Origin: Lama glama
Taxonomy: Eukaryota
Assembly (NCBI GenBank): GCA_028534125.1
Contig: CM052832.1
Location: forward strand, 6,574,001-6,638,000
Reading direction: 5' to 3'
Length of the DNA: 64,000 nucleotides
Under the pieces are notes generated by a model, which saw only the letters and a program-made list of their open reading frames with translations, ran no database searches and had not been told where the DNA came from. The position numbers were made by a program, and so were the translations under genes. Positions 14,369 to 27,000 of this stretch are shown here, piece after piece (the first letter of the stretch is position 1; every line of letters starts with the position of its first letter).

Positions 14369-14661
14369 GATCTAAAACTTAGGGGGAAGACCTGGGCTCT
14401 CATTCACTAAGTTCTCCCAGTGGATGGGATTTTATATACATTTTAAAGCAATTGAATCATCCCAACCATCCAATGAAGTGGACGGAATCATAAAAGAGTC
14501 AGTTCTTCCTTACTCCGTCCTTTCATTAGTAAATGTTTACACCACAGAGAAGAGCACATTTGCTCTGAAATACGTGTCACTTTAAAGATACTCTTTATTG
14601 GTAGATAATTATGCATCTTTCACAACCAAGCACCGATTTTATTTATTTATTTTTCTTTCAG

Positions 14662-14749
14662 GTGGCTTGCTCTGTTAAAGATTCAAATATGCATTATTTT
14701 AATGTTTTATTATTATGACTGTAGTCTTCTAGATCCACTGCCAAAACAG
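14662..14749 (+). CDS. CYP39A1: CYP39A1 coding exon (equivalent to human exon 11, L-helix)
   Basis: Acceptor tttttctttcag| and donor CAG|gtaagt. The 88 nt exon completes the split Arg codon and encodes (R)WLALLKIQICIILMFYYYDCSLLDPLPKQ. It is absent from the ORF track and was found by reading the sequence. Confidence 0.93.
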
Positions 14750-15276
14750 GTAAGTGTTTTCAGAGTTTTGAACGGTGTCACTTTTAAATTTGGTATGAAC
14801 TCTAACCCCTTGGCTTTAATTTCTGGGGATGAGCTGGCTGACTTCCTCACTTAGGCTCATCTTAACAGATGCTCTGCATTGAAGCAGACAGAGAAGATGC
14901 GCCCTTAATTCCACGTCTGCTCCATGTGCCCCATTGTCACAAGACCAAGACATCCTAGTAGTGTTTCCACTACTCGGTGTTAGGAGTTCCTCCATGAATT
15001 TACCAGTTTAAACCCTTTTCCCTGGATAAAATAAATACGGCCTTGAGGTTGAGCCTGTTTCCCTAGAAGGCGTATCTGGGTTCCAAAAGTGAACCATGAG
15101 TTTAGGAGGAAAGTTATAGCCCTTGGTCCATTGGGAAAGCCATGGCTTAGAAGAAAATTAACCCAGCAGTAGAAACAGTGAACAGAAATCAAAAGGCCGT
15201 GACCTTTTCCAACCTCTGACCATTGAATATTCCAGTCATTTAACTCCTCTGTTTCTGTAGTTCTGCTCTCCTAGAC

Positions 15277-15456
15277 CAGTGGCTCTCAAACTGGAGTGAG
15301 CATCCAAATCACCTGGGACAGGGGTGCCTGTTGGAACACGGAACACTGAGCCCCACCTGCACAGTTCCTGATGAGCAGGTCTGGGGAGGGGCTGGAGAAT
15401 TTGGACTCCTGATGAGTTCTGGCTGCCGCTGGTGCAGCCCACTCTGAGGACCACTG
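15277..15456. mobile_element. MER5A-like DNA transposon
   Basis: Terminal inverted repeats cagtggctctcaaact ... ctctgaggaccactg, length about 180 bp. Confidence 0.8.
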
Positions 15457-17727
15457 TCCCAGGAATGAGAAAAATTCCATTTAATTCCAAATGTTTGGAA
15501 GCCCCTTTGAAAACTCTGGATAAAAGGCTATTTAGACTGAGGGTGAAGCTCAGAAATTAAGCATTGCAATCTCAGGGCTGTTCACACAGCATTTTGTGCT
15601 GGGATTTACTCTTGATATAATAAGGGCAGTGTGTGGACGGATAAATAAAACTCTTGGGTGATATTTCAGTAGAAATTCTGTAAGTGCCTAAGCGACACAG
15701 AAAATATTATTTCACAGATATGTGCATTTCAGCACTTTGCCTTGATTTCTTTTGCACTCCTATTTCGAGTACAAGTAACAGTGATAAAAAGCTCTCAAAA
15801 TCCTACGATGAAAGGGAAATCAAAACCCCTTCACAAAGGTTTTCAGCCGAGTACAGTTTAGTTGGCAAAAATGAAGATCAGAGCCAGGATTTACAGGCAC
15901 CAAATACTAGTTTCTGGTCTCCTGAGGTAGCGTCACCATTTTGCCCAGAACTGACTCAGTATCTAATGATATTTTGTCCAGCAAGAAGACACAGGAATGC
16001 CTTTTCACATTAGAAGGATGTCATTTGTCAAAACCATGTGATACCTAACTCTGGAGATCAGTCGTTTTGACCCAGTCCTTGGGCAGGATTTTTCCAATAC
16101 CATCTTCTTAACTAAGAATTCTTTTAGTTGTAGGTGTACTATTATACATGATATATTATATGTATTGTATGTTTATTTATATTTATATATTATGCTTTCC
16201 TTATATACATCCTGTTTCTCTTTTGACACCACTAAGAACATTTTTTAAAGAAATGTTACCTCAGTTTGTAAAAAGTTCAAGTCTGAGAGAATTCTCATCT
16301 CCAAGGGTATTTCCTTTCACAGTTCTTGTTTTAGAAAGATCAATTGAAGTTATTTAGTTATTGGATTTATTTTACCAAGCTGTGGAAGGAGGGGATCAAA
16401 AAATGCAGGAAATGACCTTCCAATTAGCCAAATCTTGTAGGATGTGGGAGTGGGGCGGGTTGCCAGGGCAGGTTCCAGACACCCCTTCGTCAAGTCCAGG
16501 GAGCTCACCAGCCTGGGAACCAGCTCCCCCAAAGGAATTTACTTGCCACAATAGCAAAAATCAAATGCTAGCATCCCTGATTTTACTTTGGTAACAGCCT
16601 GGTGTTTTATTTTACATCAAGCAGTCTTAAGAAATTAATCTTAATTCTCTCTCAGTAAGAACCAAACATAAGGAAATGTTACAGAGCTTCCCAGGATCTG
16701 TGGCTGGTCAGTTGTGTCCAGATGCTGGCCGTGGGGGCTGTTCCCATTTCAAGCATTCATAAGAGCAGCTTCCATTCTCTCACAAAAGCAAGCACATCTT
16801 TTGCCAAATAAAAAACTCAGTGGGGTTTTATTTGGTTGGTTGGTTTTGTTCTGCTTTACCCTTTGGAGGAGGGGCATGGATTCTTAGAAAGTCTCACCAA
16901 ACCGGTGGATCCCCCTTCTGGAAAAACACACACTTCTTACACACAGAGTTGTGGATGCAATTTCAGAGTCCGTGGGGCTCTGTGACTCATTCTGTCGACC
17001 AGCTAAGAGTCCTCTTGCTAAGGAGCCCATCCTGTGCCCTGTGCATTCAAGTCAATGACAATAAATGGACTGTCTAAATTGGATCGCCCTCCTCCTTCCT
17101 CACCCATCTTCCTCCAGCCCTCAAGGTTGACAGCACAGGTTGCTTTTCTTACCCAAGCTTCTAAGCTTCAACAACCTCTTTGTATTATTTGCAATAAACT
17201 GAACTCCCCTCACACCCCCGCACATTTATCCCTTATTTATAACTAGGACATAGCGGGACATATCAGAACATTTGGAACCCACAGAATATCCTTTTGGAAA
17301 ATTATGACCTTAGGGACACTGTGACAGTGTTTCACACCACTAGCACCACGTCGTTTCATGAACATTTGTCACAAGTGGCATCAATGTCTCACTCAGCAAT
17401 TATAAATGAGGTGCCACAGTTTGGGGGCCAGAAATGTAGGAAGAGCCTTATTTATGGCATCCTCTTTACCCAGGTAAAGTGAAGGGTGGGTGGCGTGTGA
17501 GACTAAAGAGGTTGCTATTGGAATAAGGGATTTGCCTCCTTTTCTGTCCCTTGGATGGAAGGCTGAAATTGATGCTTGCCATTGAGAACTCATCAGGCAA
17601 AAACTTCCAGTCTTCCCAGCCTGAATTCTGTACCTTTTTAGGAACAATTACACTGAGTAAACCATAGGTCCAAACTGTTGGCGTAGATCCCTTAACTTCT
17701 ATATTCCTTGTGCATTTCTGCTTTTAG

Positions 17728-17799
17728 AGTTCTCTCCATTTGGTGGGTGTCCAGCAACCGGAAGGACAATGCCGAATTGAGTTCAAGCAAAGAAAATGA
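17728..17799 (+). CDS. CYP39A1: CYP39A1 last coding exon with stop codon (equivalent to human exon 12)
   Basis: Acceptor tttctgcttttag|. Encodes SSLHLVGVQQPEGQCRIEFKQRK* with TGA at 17797-17799. In frame with the preceding phase-0 donor and resembles the CYP39A1 C-terminus. Confidence 0.93.
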   Translation, partial: SSLHLVGVQQPEGQCRIEFKQRK

Positions 17800-18595
17800 C
17801 CTCGGCTGGGCCTAAGAAGGGCCAGGGCCTTCTGGAGGAGTGGCTGCCCCTCATCCACTCGCCTGGCAGCTCCCAGACCTGAGTTCAACTAAAACATGTC
17901 ACTTCCTTTTATTGTAGGATTTAGATCAAGACAGTGTGCAGATGGGATGTGTGTTTGGTATCTCAAGAGTGGACCAGGAATCTGACATAACTCTCACTGA
18001 TCCAGAGACCTCAATGCAGGGTTTATAGAAAATGTTTAAATGATCAAAAAAGAGGCATTTCTTAAGAAACTGGAATTTGGTTTCATGCATAGCCGTACCA
18101 AAAGTTTAAATAGAGTATCATTTGAGTGGAAGTCTTAGTATGTTAACTTCCCTGCGAAGGCAACATACTTAAACTTCTATTTTGAAAAAGGCTCAAAGTC
18201 TTGGACTCTAAAAATCATTAAATCATGATTTCTGGAAAGTTGCTGTTTTTCTTAATATGATTCTTAACTGGCAATTGGAATTCTTAAGCACTGGTAATCT
18301 AATTGTTTTATTAAACATGTCTAATGCTAAAAGTACAGATAAGATGAAAGCTTTCTAAGACCTGGGAGGTCAGGGGTCTTGTCTGACACTCACTTCTACA
18401 CCCAGCTCTGCCTAGGACAGCAGCCTCTTTCACAGGGCTTAGTCAACACCCGTATGTTGATTGATGTACTGATTTGCATTTTAATCAAGGTGAAAGCACT
18501 CTTCTGACTCCAAGTGTTTGTGATTGTAGTTTGAGATAGTATTTTTCCTTATATATAGAACCTCAAATAAAATGATGCGTCAAGGCACATTTCGA
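17800..18595 (+). other. CYP39A1: CYP39A1 3' UTR (3' end approximate)
   Basis: Follows the stop codon and is AT-rich. The first canonical AATAAA is at 18566-18571. Confidence 0.6.
18566..18571 (+). terminator. Candidate polyadenylation signal AATAAA for CYP39A1
   Basis: First AATAAA downstream of the stop codon. Alternatives are ATTAAA at 18217 and 18310 and AATAAA at 18888. Confidence 0.55.
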
Positions 18596-19431
18596 TCTAT
18601 TACTTAAGACTTATACCTGAAATTCTTACTGTGACACCCAGAAAAGAAACCCTGTCATGTTTAGGGGAACCATATGACACATAACGGTGTGACGGGTGAT
18701 GTCATGATTTGTCTTCTAACAGTCAATGCAGTGCTGCTCGCCTCCTTGATTTCACAATACGGAAGCTTTGGGGCGCATCCTGTCCTCAGGATTATTCACT
18801 CCCCTCTGCTAGAATTATCCCGGGGGGCTGGTAATGATTGCGTAGTCATCTGTTTCCTACCAATGAGCAGAGGAGTCCCTAGGAGAAAATAAAGTGCTTT
18901 GGTGTGTATTAACTTGTTGGGACTAATTTAGTGATTCCGAAGCTTGGCTGGTAAGTAGCTCACAGCTAGCTTACAGGCTCAGCGGTCTGGAGACTGAAGG
19001 GGCTGAAGACAGCAGTTTAAAATCCACAGCAGATCTGAGAACTTGCGGACCACGACCTGGCAGGTGCTTCTAAATACAGCAGGTGTGTTCTCAGGTAAGG
19101 TGTGTCCTCCCAAACAGCCGAGGCCTGCCCTGAAATACTGTATTTGCAAATAAGAGACACTTCAGCTGAAATGGCTGGCACTCAGGGCTGGTGTTCATCT
19201 CATTATGATTGCCTGGTAAACGATGAGGGTTAGCTGACAGGTTTATGCACTTTTGAAAAACAGTGCAGACACAGGAGATCTGCTGACCTTTGAAATAAAT
19301 ACCTGGAGGTCCCTGTATCTTTTTATTTCCCTACCCTGGGGTTTTATATGATGTATATTAATATATATATTCATACACAAATTATATGTAAAATGTATAT
19401 ATAAAAATACATATATTGGTACATATTTATA

Positions 19432-19885
19432 TGTGTTAACTTGAGTTTTCTGGAAAGCAGAGCCTGAGACAGACCTGTGTGCAGTGCAGATAGTTTATTG
19501 GAGATGTGCTCCCGGGCGCAGAAGTAAGGGACCGGAAAGAATATGCTGCATTGGAGTTAACGTTACCAAGGTAGGTGTCCTAGCACTGAGGGACCCTGTG
19601 AGGCATATGCACCACCTCCCAGAATTGCCCACCTGAAGGATAAGAGGTGGGAGCAGTTATCCAGTGGCTTCTGTTCTCCGCCGATTGACGATTACCACCC
19701 CCCCAACCCTGCCCCCGAGCATGTGACCCCTGCACTTCCCAGCTGCGTATGTGCGCGGACTGAGCAGGGTTTTGTAGCATCAGAGAAGCTCTAGATGTAT
19801 CTGACCTTGCGCTGAATTGTTCGCTGCAGCTGAACTCAGAGTTAGGCCGAGGGACGTGACATGGGGCACCGGAGTCATCAGATAC
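19432..19885 (-). mobile_element. ERVL-type LTR (LTR16/LTR33-like)
   Basis: ggaaagcagagcctgagacag...tagtttattggagatgtgctccc, with an AATAAA on the minus strand, as in old ERVL LTRs. Confidence 0.55.
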
Positions 19886-22399
19886 ACTCCTTGCCCCGCA
19901 CCACTCAAACCCGCTCGGGCTCCACATCAAGTCAGATCCATCACCAGATCTTCAAAGTGCTACACTCTGTTAAAGTCCTAAGTTCAACGACGAGTTTTAG
20001 GAAGCTGTAGTCCTCAGGGCTGCAATGGGATTAGAGTAGAATTAGGGGTGTTATCTGGTGCCTGGAAGAAAGGACAAGTGCCCCTCATCACCAGTGTTTC
20101 AAGCCTGCCTTGGGCACCATTGCTGTCCTCTGAAGTCTCATGACCTCCTGCGGTTTCCGTGCCTCACCCAGCATGGAGCCTGTGTTCCCTCTGCCTGGAC
20201 TGCCATGGTCTCAGATCTCCAGCGGGCTCTAGTCTCCAGGGCTCAGCCATCTCCCCCGTCGCCAGCCTAGCAGAGGCTCTTTCTGGTTAGGGAGAACCTC
20301 TCGCTCCCTGCTTCTCCAGGCTTCACTGTGGTGTCCGTGAAACTCAGTTCTACTTGTTCTTAAAGAGTTGGCCTTGACGGCTGAGAAACCTCACAGCCTA
20401 GCTAAGTTTTCAGGACAGAAATGACTTAAATTTAAAAATTCTCTGGGAAGTGATGAGAAACAGTAGCAAAGGAAACAACAGACAGACTAGTTAAAGCGCT
20501 GTACTAGAGCATTCTGAAGGTTTATATGTACTTTGATACAACGATACCATGAGTGAAAGATGACAGATATGTTAATGCTAATCATAATGACAGTGATGAA
20601 CACTGAGTGATGCTTTGTACTTGGCAGGATGTAAGCACTTCCCCTGCTTTACCATTCTTCTTTTCAAGAAGAACAAACAAGAAGCACACTCAGTAAGGAA
20701 ATACTGATTTTGGTCCTCAGTGCCAAGAAATGCGACAAACTAATTCACAAAATGAGCATCCTGAACTTGTTTACGAGACTTTATTGAGGCTGTTGGCTAA
20801 GACAGCACGGGTGCTTGTCTCAGAGTTGCTTACACGGGTGAAAATGGGGAAGAGTGGTTAAATTCTTCAATTCACTTACCAGTCAAAAGAAATGGAGGCC
20901 AAGTTCTCACTGAAGGAAAAGAGCTTGCACGGCAGTGTCTTTTTCTTTGCCACCCTCAACAGAGATCATCTGCTGTCCTGTTGAGAGAGCCCAGAATAAA
21001 GAAGGGAGGGCCCACCTGGACTGAAGAGTGGGGCTCAGAAGGAAAAAAACTCTAAACTGAGTCCGAGCTGCACAGCTGAGTCATCCCTCATGGGCCCCGT
21101 TTTTCCCTAGCGACACGAGAAGCCTGGCGCAGATGCCAGAAGCCGTAAGACCCTCCACACGCCTCGCGTCCTCTGATTGCTGTGCACACATGGCTGTGCA
21201 AAAAATAATGCATTAGGAGGCGCCCATTAAAGGCAGAATTCGTGGAGCAAAGATGTCCCAGCTATAGGCCTTTCTGCATCTTTTGTCATGGAGGGGATGG
21301 AGGACAAGGCAGCCCAGAGCAGGGGAAAGAACACTGACCCTGGACTCAGACCTCTCCATCCCGGTGCTGGCTCCTGCATTCACGAGCGCCCTTACTACCT
21401 GACCTCTCTCTCGGCCAGCTTCCTAGCCTATAGAACAGGGGTCATGACAACAGCTACCTCCCTCGAGTGTTCTGGACGAGTCCCCCTTTGAACTCCGAGG
21501 CAGCAGTGACGAAAGACACGTCTGCATCAACTTCCCAGCCCCCGCGCTTCAGTTTTCACCGCAGCTCTCAGCACTGTCAGACCTAGGAAATTCCTAGCTG
21601 TCATTTTTGGGGAAACCCAATTGTGTTTTTCCTCCATAAGCACTGCCACTCTGCCTTGCCTGTCACAGGTGTCCTGGCTCTTCCTTGCAGTTTTAGGCAA
21701 ACAAGGCTCAGATCTGAGCCCCACAGACTTCGTGCTCTCCTTGGCCAGCTTGCTGTGAACCACTTCAGTTCTTTTCTGACTTAAATGCTCAAGGTTTCTC
21801 TCTCCCCTACTGTCTCTGGTGGAAGAGGCCACAGTGGATCCTGGAACTGCCTTTTCCATGAAAATGCTCTTCGGAGGGGAAGTAAAAACCAGAACCCAGC
21901 AGACAAGACAGAAAAGCTTATCTAGCCCCCCAGTTGCATTTTCAGCATTCTTTTCCCACATAGTGTGAGTTTGTCATCCAGCCAAAAGGAAAAACAAGTA
22001 CAAAATAAAATAAAGCTAAGGCCGGATCCTCCAGAGGTCAGGGTCTGAAGCAGAAACGGACTAAGCTTCATAAAAGTGTTTCCAGCTGAGCCCTTAAGCC
22101 ATGGTCCAATTTGAAAGACACTACGTGTTGAGATTTTGCGGAGCTTTTTCTGTGTCTTTCAAGGGGGTGTCATGGAAAGCCAGACTACTTTTGAGGATAT
22201 TCATCCTTTCATCCATCCATTTGCTCATTTGCTCATCACCAAAAATGAACCAAGAGAGTAGCAGGCCCTGGGCACAAAAGAGAAAAAAAAGGGAAAGTGA
22301 ATCACACCCTGCTCTCAAGAATGTCCCTGTTAGGAGTGGAAGGAGACTGTCTCTGTCCCCAGAGCCCTTCTGACATCTTGCATTTTGTGCAATCCTGTG

Positions 22400-22530
22400 A
22401 CATAGGTACTCACATTATCTTCACTTTTCAAAAGAGGAAACTGAGGCATGGAAGGGTTGAGGAACTTCACTAAGTCACACAGGGAGTAGGTGGTGAGCCA
22501 GGACTCAGCCCAGGATCTGTGCTGTTCAGT
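22400..22530 (-). mobile_element. MIR SINE
   Basis: MIR core: cattatcttcacttttcaaaagaggaaactgaggcatggaagggttgaggaacttcactaagtcacacag. Confidence 0.75.
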
Positions 22531-23248
22531 TTGTTGGAGCTGCCTCTTCTGTCTGTAGTCACTGTCAAGTGACTTTACCCCGAAGGAGTGAGTCACAGAG
22601 ATATTTCAGATATTATGTTGAAGCCTTTCAAATCCTCACACCTTTGAGCACTAACTAGGGAATCATCTCTTCCAGTAATTTATAAGCCCACATATATCTG
22701 AGACTTTTAAAATATCACGGAGCAATGCTGTCTACCAGGAGGATGGTTTAGTGCCTTTTTAGTTCTTTCTTTAAAAAATCTATTTTCCCTAAATCTTTTC
22801 ACACTTCCTATCACTGCCATCGTTGGGGGAGTGACACAGAATCAGAGGAAGGAGACTTCAACAGTAATAAGAAGCATTCGTGTTGTCTAGCTTGTTATCC
22901 GTGTTTTCAAGATGCATCCAGTGATTTCCCTCTGCAAATATCAACTCAAGCTCATCAACAGTCCGTCAACCAACAGGATCAATCTCCAGACTCCACGTGT
23001 GGTGGATGGTAAGTGCCGTAGATGCTGCAGAATTTGGGTAAATTTCCAACAAAACAGCCACCAGTAGGCAATGACTAGCACTTATAATACTCGATAGTGT
23101 AGTTGGGGGCGAGGGAAGTATTTCCACCATCCACAAATTCTCCCAGGCATTAGTTTCTATTAAATACTGTTCTTACCCGTATATTTCAGCTCACTGTCTG
23201 CTTCCCTTTTGCCTAACAGTCATCTATTACCCCCACCACCACCATCAC

Positions 23249-23279
<31 letters not shown>

Positions 23280-23286
23280 AGAGAGA
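23249..23286. repeat. (CA)14(GA)5 compound microsatellite
   Basis: Directly visible. Confidence 0.95.
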
Positions 23287-23739
23287 TACAACATATATTA
23301 CTGGGACTTTCTGGAATATAGGGCATGCATCCGAATCGTGAGATTATTTGAATAAATTTAAATGTAGAAAAAAAGATAGAAAATAATAGACCATCATTAG
23401 CCTCAGTGGATGCCGAAATGAGTGCTGCTATCAGCATCCAAGAGTGGCCAAAGAGTTGTGTCACCCCTCAGTGGTGGGCATCCCACCTGCATCTCCCAGA
23501 ACCCGGGGGAGGGTCTACTGTCTGAAGCATGCCCGCAGCCCTTTTTAATATTGCCATCCACATCTCCTTTCCTGCTGGAAAGACAAAAGTAGAAGCTGCA
23601 GACCTTTCTGCGTCTCTTTTCCCTTCATGCAAGTGCCACTTTCTTTTCTCTCTGGTTTTCCTTTGCTGAGCCTTTTCCAATCTCCAGTAAGATCTTCAGA
23701 AACTTTTTCCCAAAGGATTTCCCTTTCCTCTTGGGAATG

Positions 23740-24080
23740 CAGCAGCATTGCATTTCCCAGCCTTCCTTGCACTTGGGTGTGGCCACGTGACTAAGTCCTG
23801 GCCAGTGGCATGTGGACAAAAGTGGTACATCATTTCTAAGCCTACCAAAAACCTTTCACTTTGTTCCCTTCCTCCTTCAGAGTTTCAGTCAATGGCTCTG
23901 AGGCCCTCAAGGGTGCATGGATGAAGTCTGGGTCCCTGAATGATGATGTGGAGAAAGGTGACCTCCTCCCAGCCCAATGCACATTGACCTGTAAAGACAA
24001 TACATAATAAACTTCCAGGGTGTTACGCCACTAAAATTTTGGGATTGTTAGTTCCAACACATAACCAACCCTGCATAATT
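23740..24080 (+). mobile_element. MaLR MLT1-type LTR
   Basis: catttcccagcc...ggccacgtgactaagtcctggccagtgg...ctgggtccctgaatga...aataaactt...gccactaaaattttggg, a typical MLT1 layout. Confidence 0.75.
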
Positions 24081-27000
24081 TCACAGAACTTGTGAAACAT
24101 CATTTAAATGCTCTGCTATCCTTTGGTTCAGATTTAAGTAAATTCAACATCACTTGAAAATTATTTCTGTTACCATGCCATGAAGAAAACTAAACTGAGT
24201 TTTCTTAGTTTGGAGTGCAAGTACCATAAAATGAAATGGAACAAAATTAATTGAAACTAGTTTATAATTTGATTTGATTTTCTATATTTCATCCATCAAT
24301 AAATGAAATGTGGTGAAATACCTTTATATATCTCTCAAATTTTTGTGTTCTTTTCATATGGACCTTCAAGAGCTATGCCCCAAGGAGCTAGCTTTTATAA
24401 TTCTGAGCTCCTACTTCAGAATGTAGTTTTATATTTAATTCAGCATGTTTGATTGTTGCTAAGCATCCACCTGGTGCAAATTAATAGTAACACAAACAGT
24501 AGCTTCAAAAGCTGAGAACAGGATGGGATTGGAGCGGGTCGTTGGGGGAGACTAGACTAACTTCCCTCTGCTTTGGAAAAACAGATTTCACCTGTGAACC
24601 CCCAGAACAATTTTTTTTCTTTTTCTTTTCTTCTTTACTAGAGGGTCCTGGTCTAGTAAAGAAGAGAGTACAGGTGCAGAGTTGTGATGGTTAAGTGCTC
24701 AGAGACTCATTGGCTCCTGTCTAATTCTTATGGTAGGAAATAAAAAAGGCTCATTTGTAGAAGAGAAATGCCTGGCAGGCAAAGAAAGATGACAGATGGA
24801 TTGAGCTGACCGCAGGTATGGGAGGAGAAGAAATGACTCGGTGTAGTCTTGCCAGCTGCTGGAACCTGCAAATGAAGCCAAGGGTCCGTTACTGCAGGAG
24901 AGACACTCGTAGGCATGTGAGCCTGAGGACAGCTGACAAACCCAAAGACTGAGCAACGGAGAAGTAAGTTCAAGCTTAGCAAAGATATGTATGATCATGG
25001 TACTCGTTTAGAGAGAAACTCGGGCTGGATGTGTTGAGCCCACCCAAGTCCCAAGTTTGGCCCCTCTGCTTTAAACAAATAACAACAAAAACAAAATATA
25101 TGGAAATTCATGTTTACAGAATTAGGTAAATGAGTTACTGATAATTTGCATTTAATAATAATTGCAATGGTTTAAAATATTCCATCCCCAAAGGGAATGC
25201 AATGTCCTGTTCAATTTCCAGAAAAACCCAATGCACAAGCAATTCAAAGAGTGAACTGGTGTCTGTTTTACTTACTGTTGGATCCAGAACCAGAATGGTT
25301 TTGGACACATGGTATGTATGCAGTGAATATTTATTGAATGAGTAAATAAGTGAATGAATGAATGAAACAACTTTCATTTATACCATGTGTACTTGGCACT
25401 GAAGTAGCTGCTGGAAGTGTAAATAAGACCCAACTTTCAGGAATCTCAGATTGTAAGTTGGCATGAGCCAACAAGATGACTTCAGACAGTCATTAAGTAC
25501 AATGAGGAAAATTGATCAGGATTATGTGATAGAAACTGACTCAGTATATGTGACGAGGGCAAAAAGAGCTTTAAATCAGGTGGTCAGAGAAGTCCTGAGT
25601 GATAAGGGAGACCTGGTCATGGGGACGATCTAGATTTGTCCTTGACGATTTCTTCAACAAGCACTGTATGACATTTATTTGACTCAAATTAATAGAGCTC
25701 TGCTTAGTTCATTCTGGAAGCATCTGCTTCAACTGTTAGTCAACACGGTTTACAGGCGTAGATGCGGCTTTTCTTCCTAGATCTTGCAAAACTTGGAAAA
25801 TCCTCAGGCTTTGGGCTCTCCGGGGAACTAACTTTGAAGCTGTAGTATTGAGCAATGTTTTCTAAAATATGTCCCCATAGACAGAAGACAGCCATAGAGG
25901 CACCCGTCCAACAAAGAGGTCCTGTGGTCAAATATGTTTGTGACCCAGCTCGTGAACGCTGCAGTCTTGGAGGCGTCCGACAGCAGAGTAGCTCACGTGT
26001 ATTACATGTGTCCTGATGTTTTCTCAACTTACTTTTAAATTTTACTTTAAACTTATTTTCTCCTCTCTCTGTGCACTTGTAAACAACAAAATACAGTTTG
26101 GGAAATACTGTTGTAGTGTTCAAGATGAAGCTTTGGCACAAAGGGAAAAGGAGGAAGATGATTCTTGGCCCGTAAGCCTTGCAGTTACTTCTAAAATGAG
26201 ATATTTACACAGACTTATCAGGAACTTAAAATCAGCTCTAGAGATCATCTTTATATGCGTCAGCCGCTTTGACTAAACCCGTTGAACTGATAAGAGACTT
26301 ACCTATGTTTAGTTTTTTGGCTAGTAGAGGTCTTTTTTTTAAGTTGTTCTTATGTGAAAGACGGATAAATTTGGGGTCCTGCTCTTTTGCTTCCTAATAT
26401 TTAACAGTGTCCCAGCAGATCTGCCTTCGCTTTGGTTTGGTTTAGCACAAGGCAAGCAGTAGAATACGGCAGAAGCTCCATGAGGTTTTATATGTGAACA
26501 CCACCCTCAGTTCCATCATTTCATCACGTACTAGAGATGATTTTAGGCAAATTACTCAAACTCTCAAAGCTTCACTTTTCTCATCTGGTAACAGGGATAG
26601 TAATCACTCTATCCTGCTCTTTGAAGGAGGAGTCAAGCTGATGTGAAGGCCCTGGAGGTCAGTGTCATTCTAGCCTCCTTCTTGAGGACAGTGTATTCTC
26701 CCCCTAAAAGTCTTCAATGCCCCCTGGAGATTCAGTGAGAGAAAACAGAATGTTTGTTGTTTGGTCTCACAGTGATGACTCACAGGGTGCTGATTTACTG
26801 AATCAATTAGTGAAGAAGTAAAATTGGTGTCCTATTTTATCGGTGTAAAATGAGCTACTCTGCAGGTGCCGTGTATGATGGCGACATCCAGAGGCAGGGC
26901 TCACCTAGACACCTTCCTGTGCCGTTTCACCCAAACCAATCTCACAGGAGCCCCTGGCCCATGAAGTAGTCTCTTCTTGGCTCTTTAAAATGTTCTAAAG

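Noticed and set aside
23059..23075. CTCF-like ccaccagtaggcaa
   Set aside because: Mismatches at core G positions and no supporting context.
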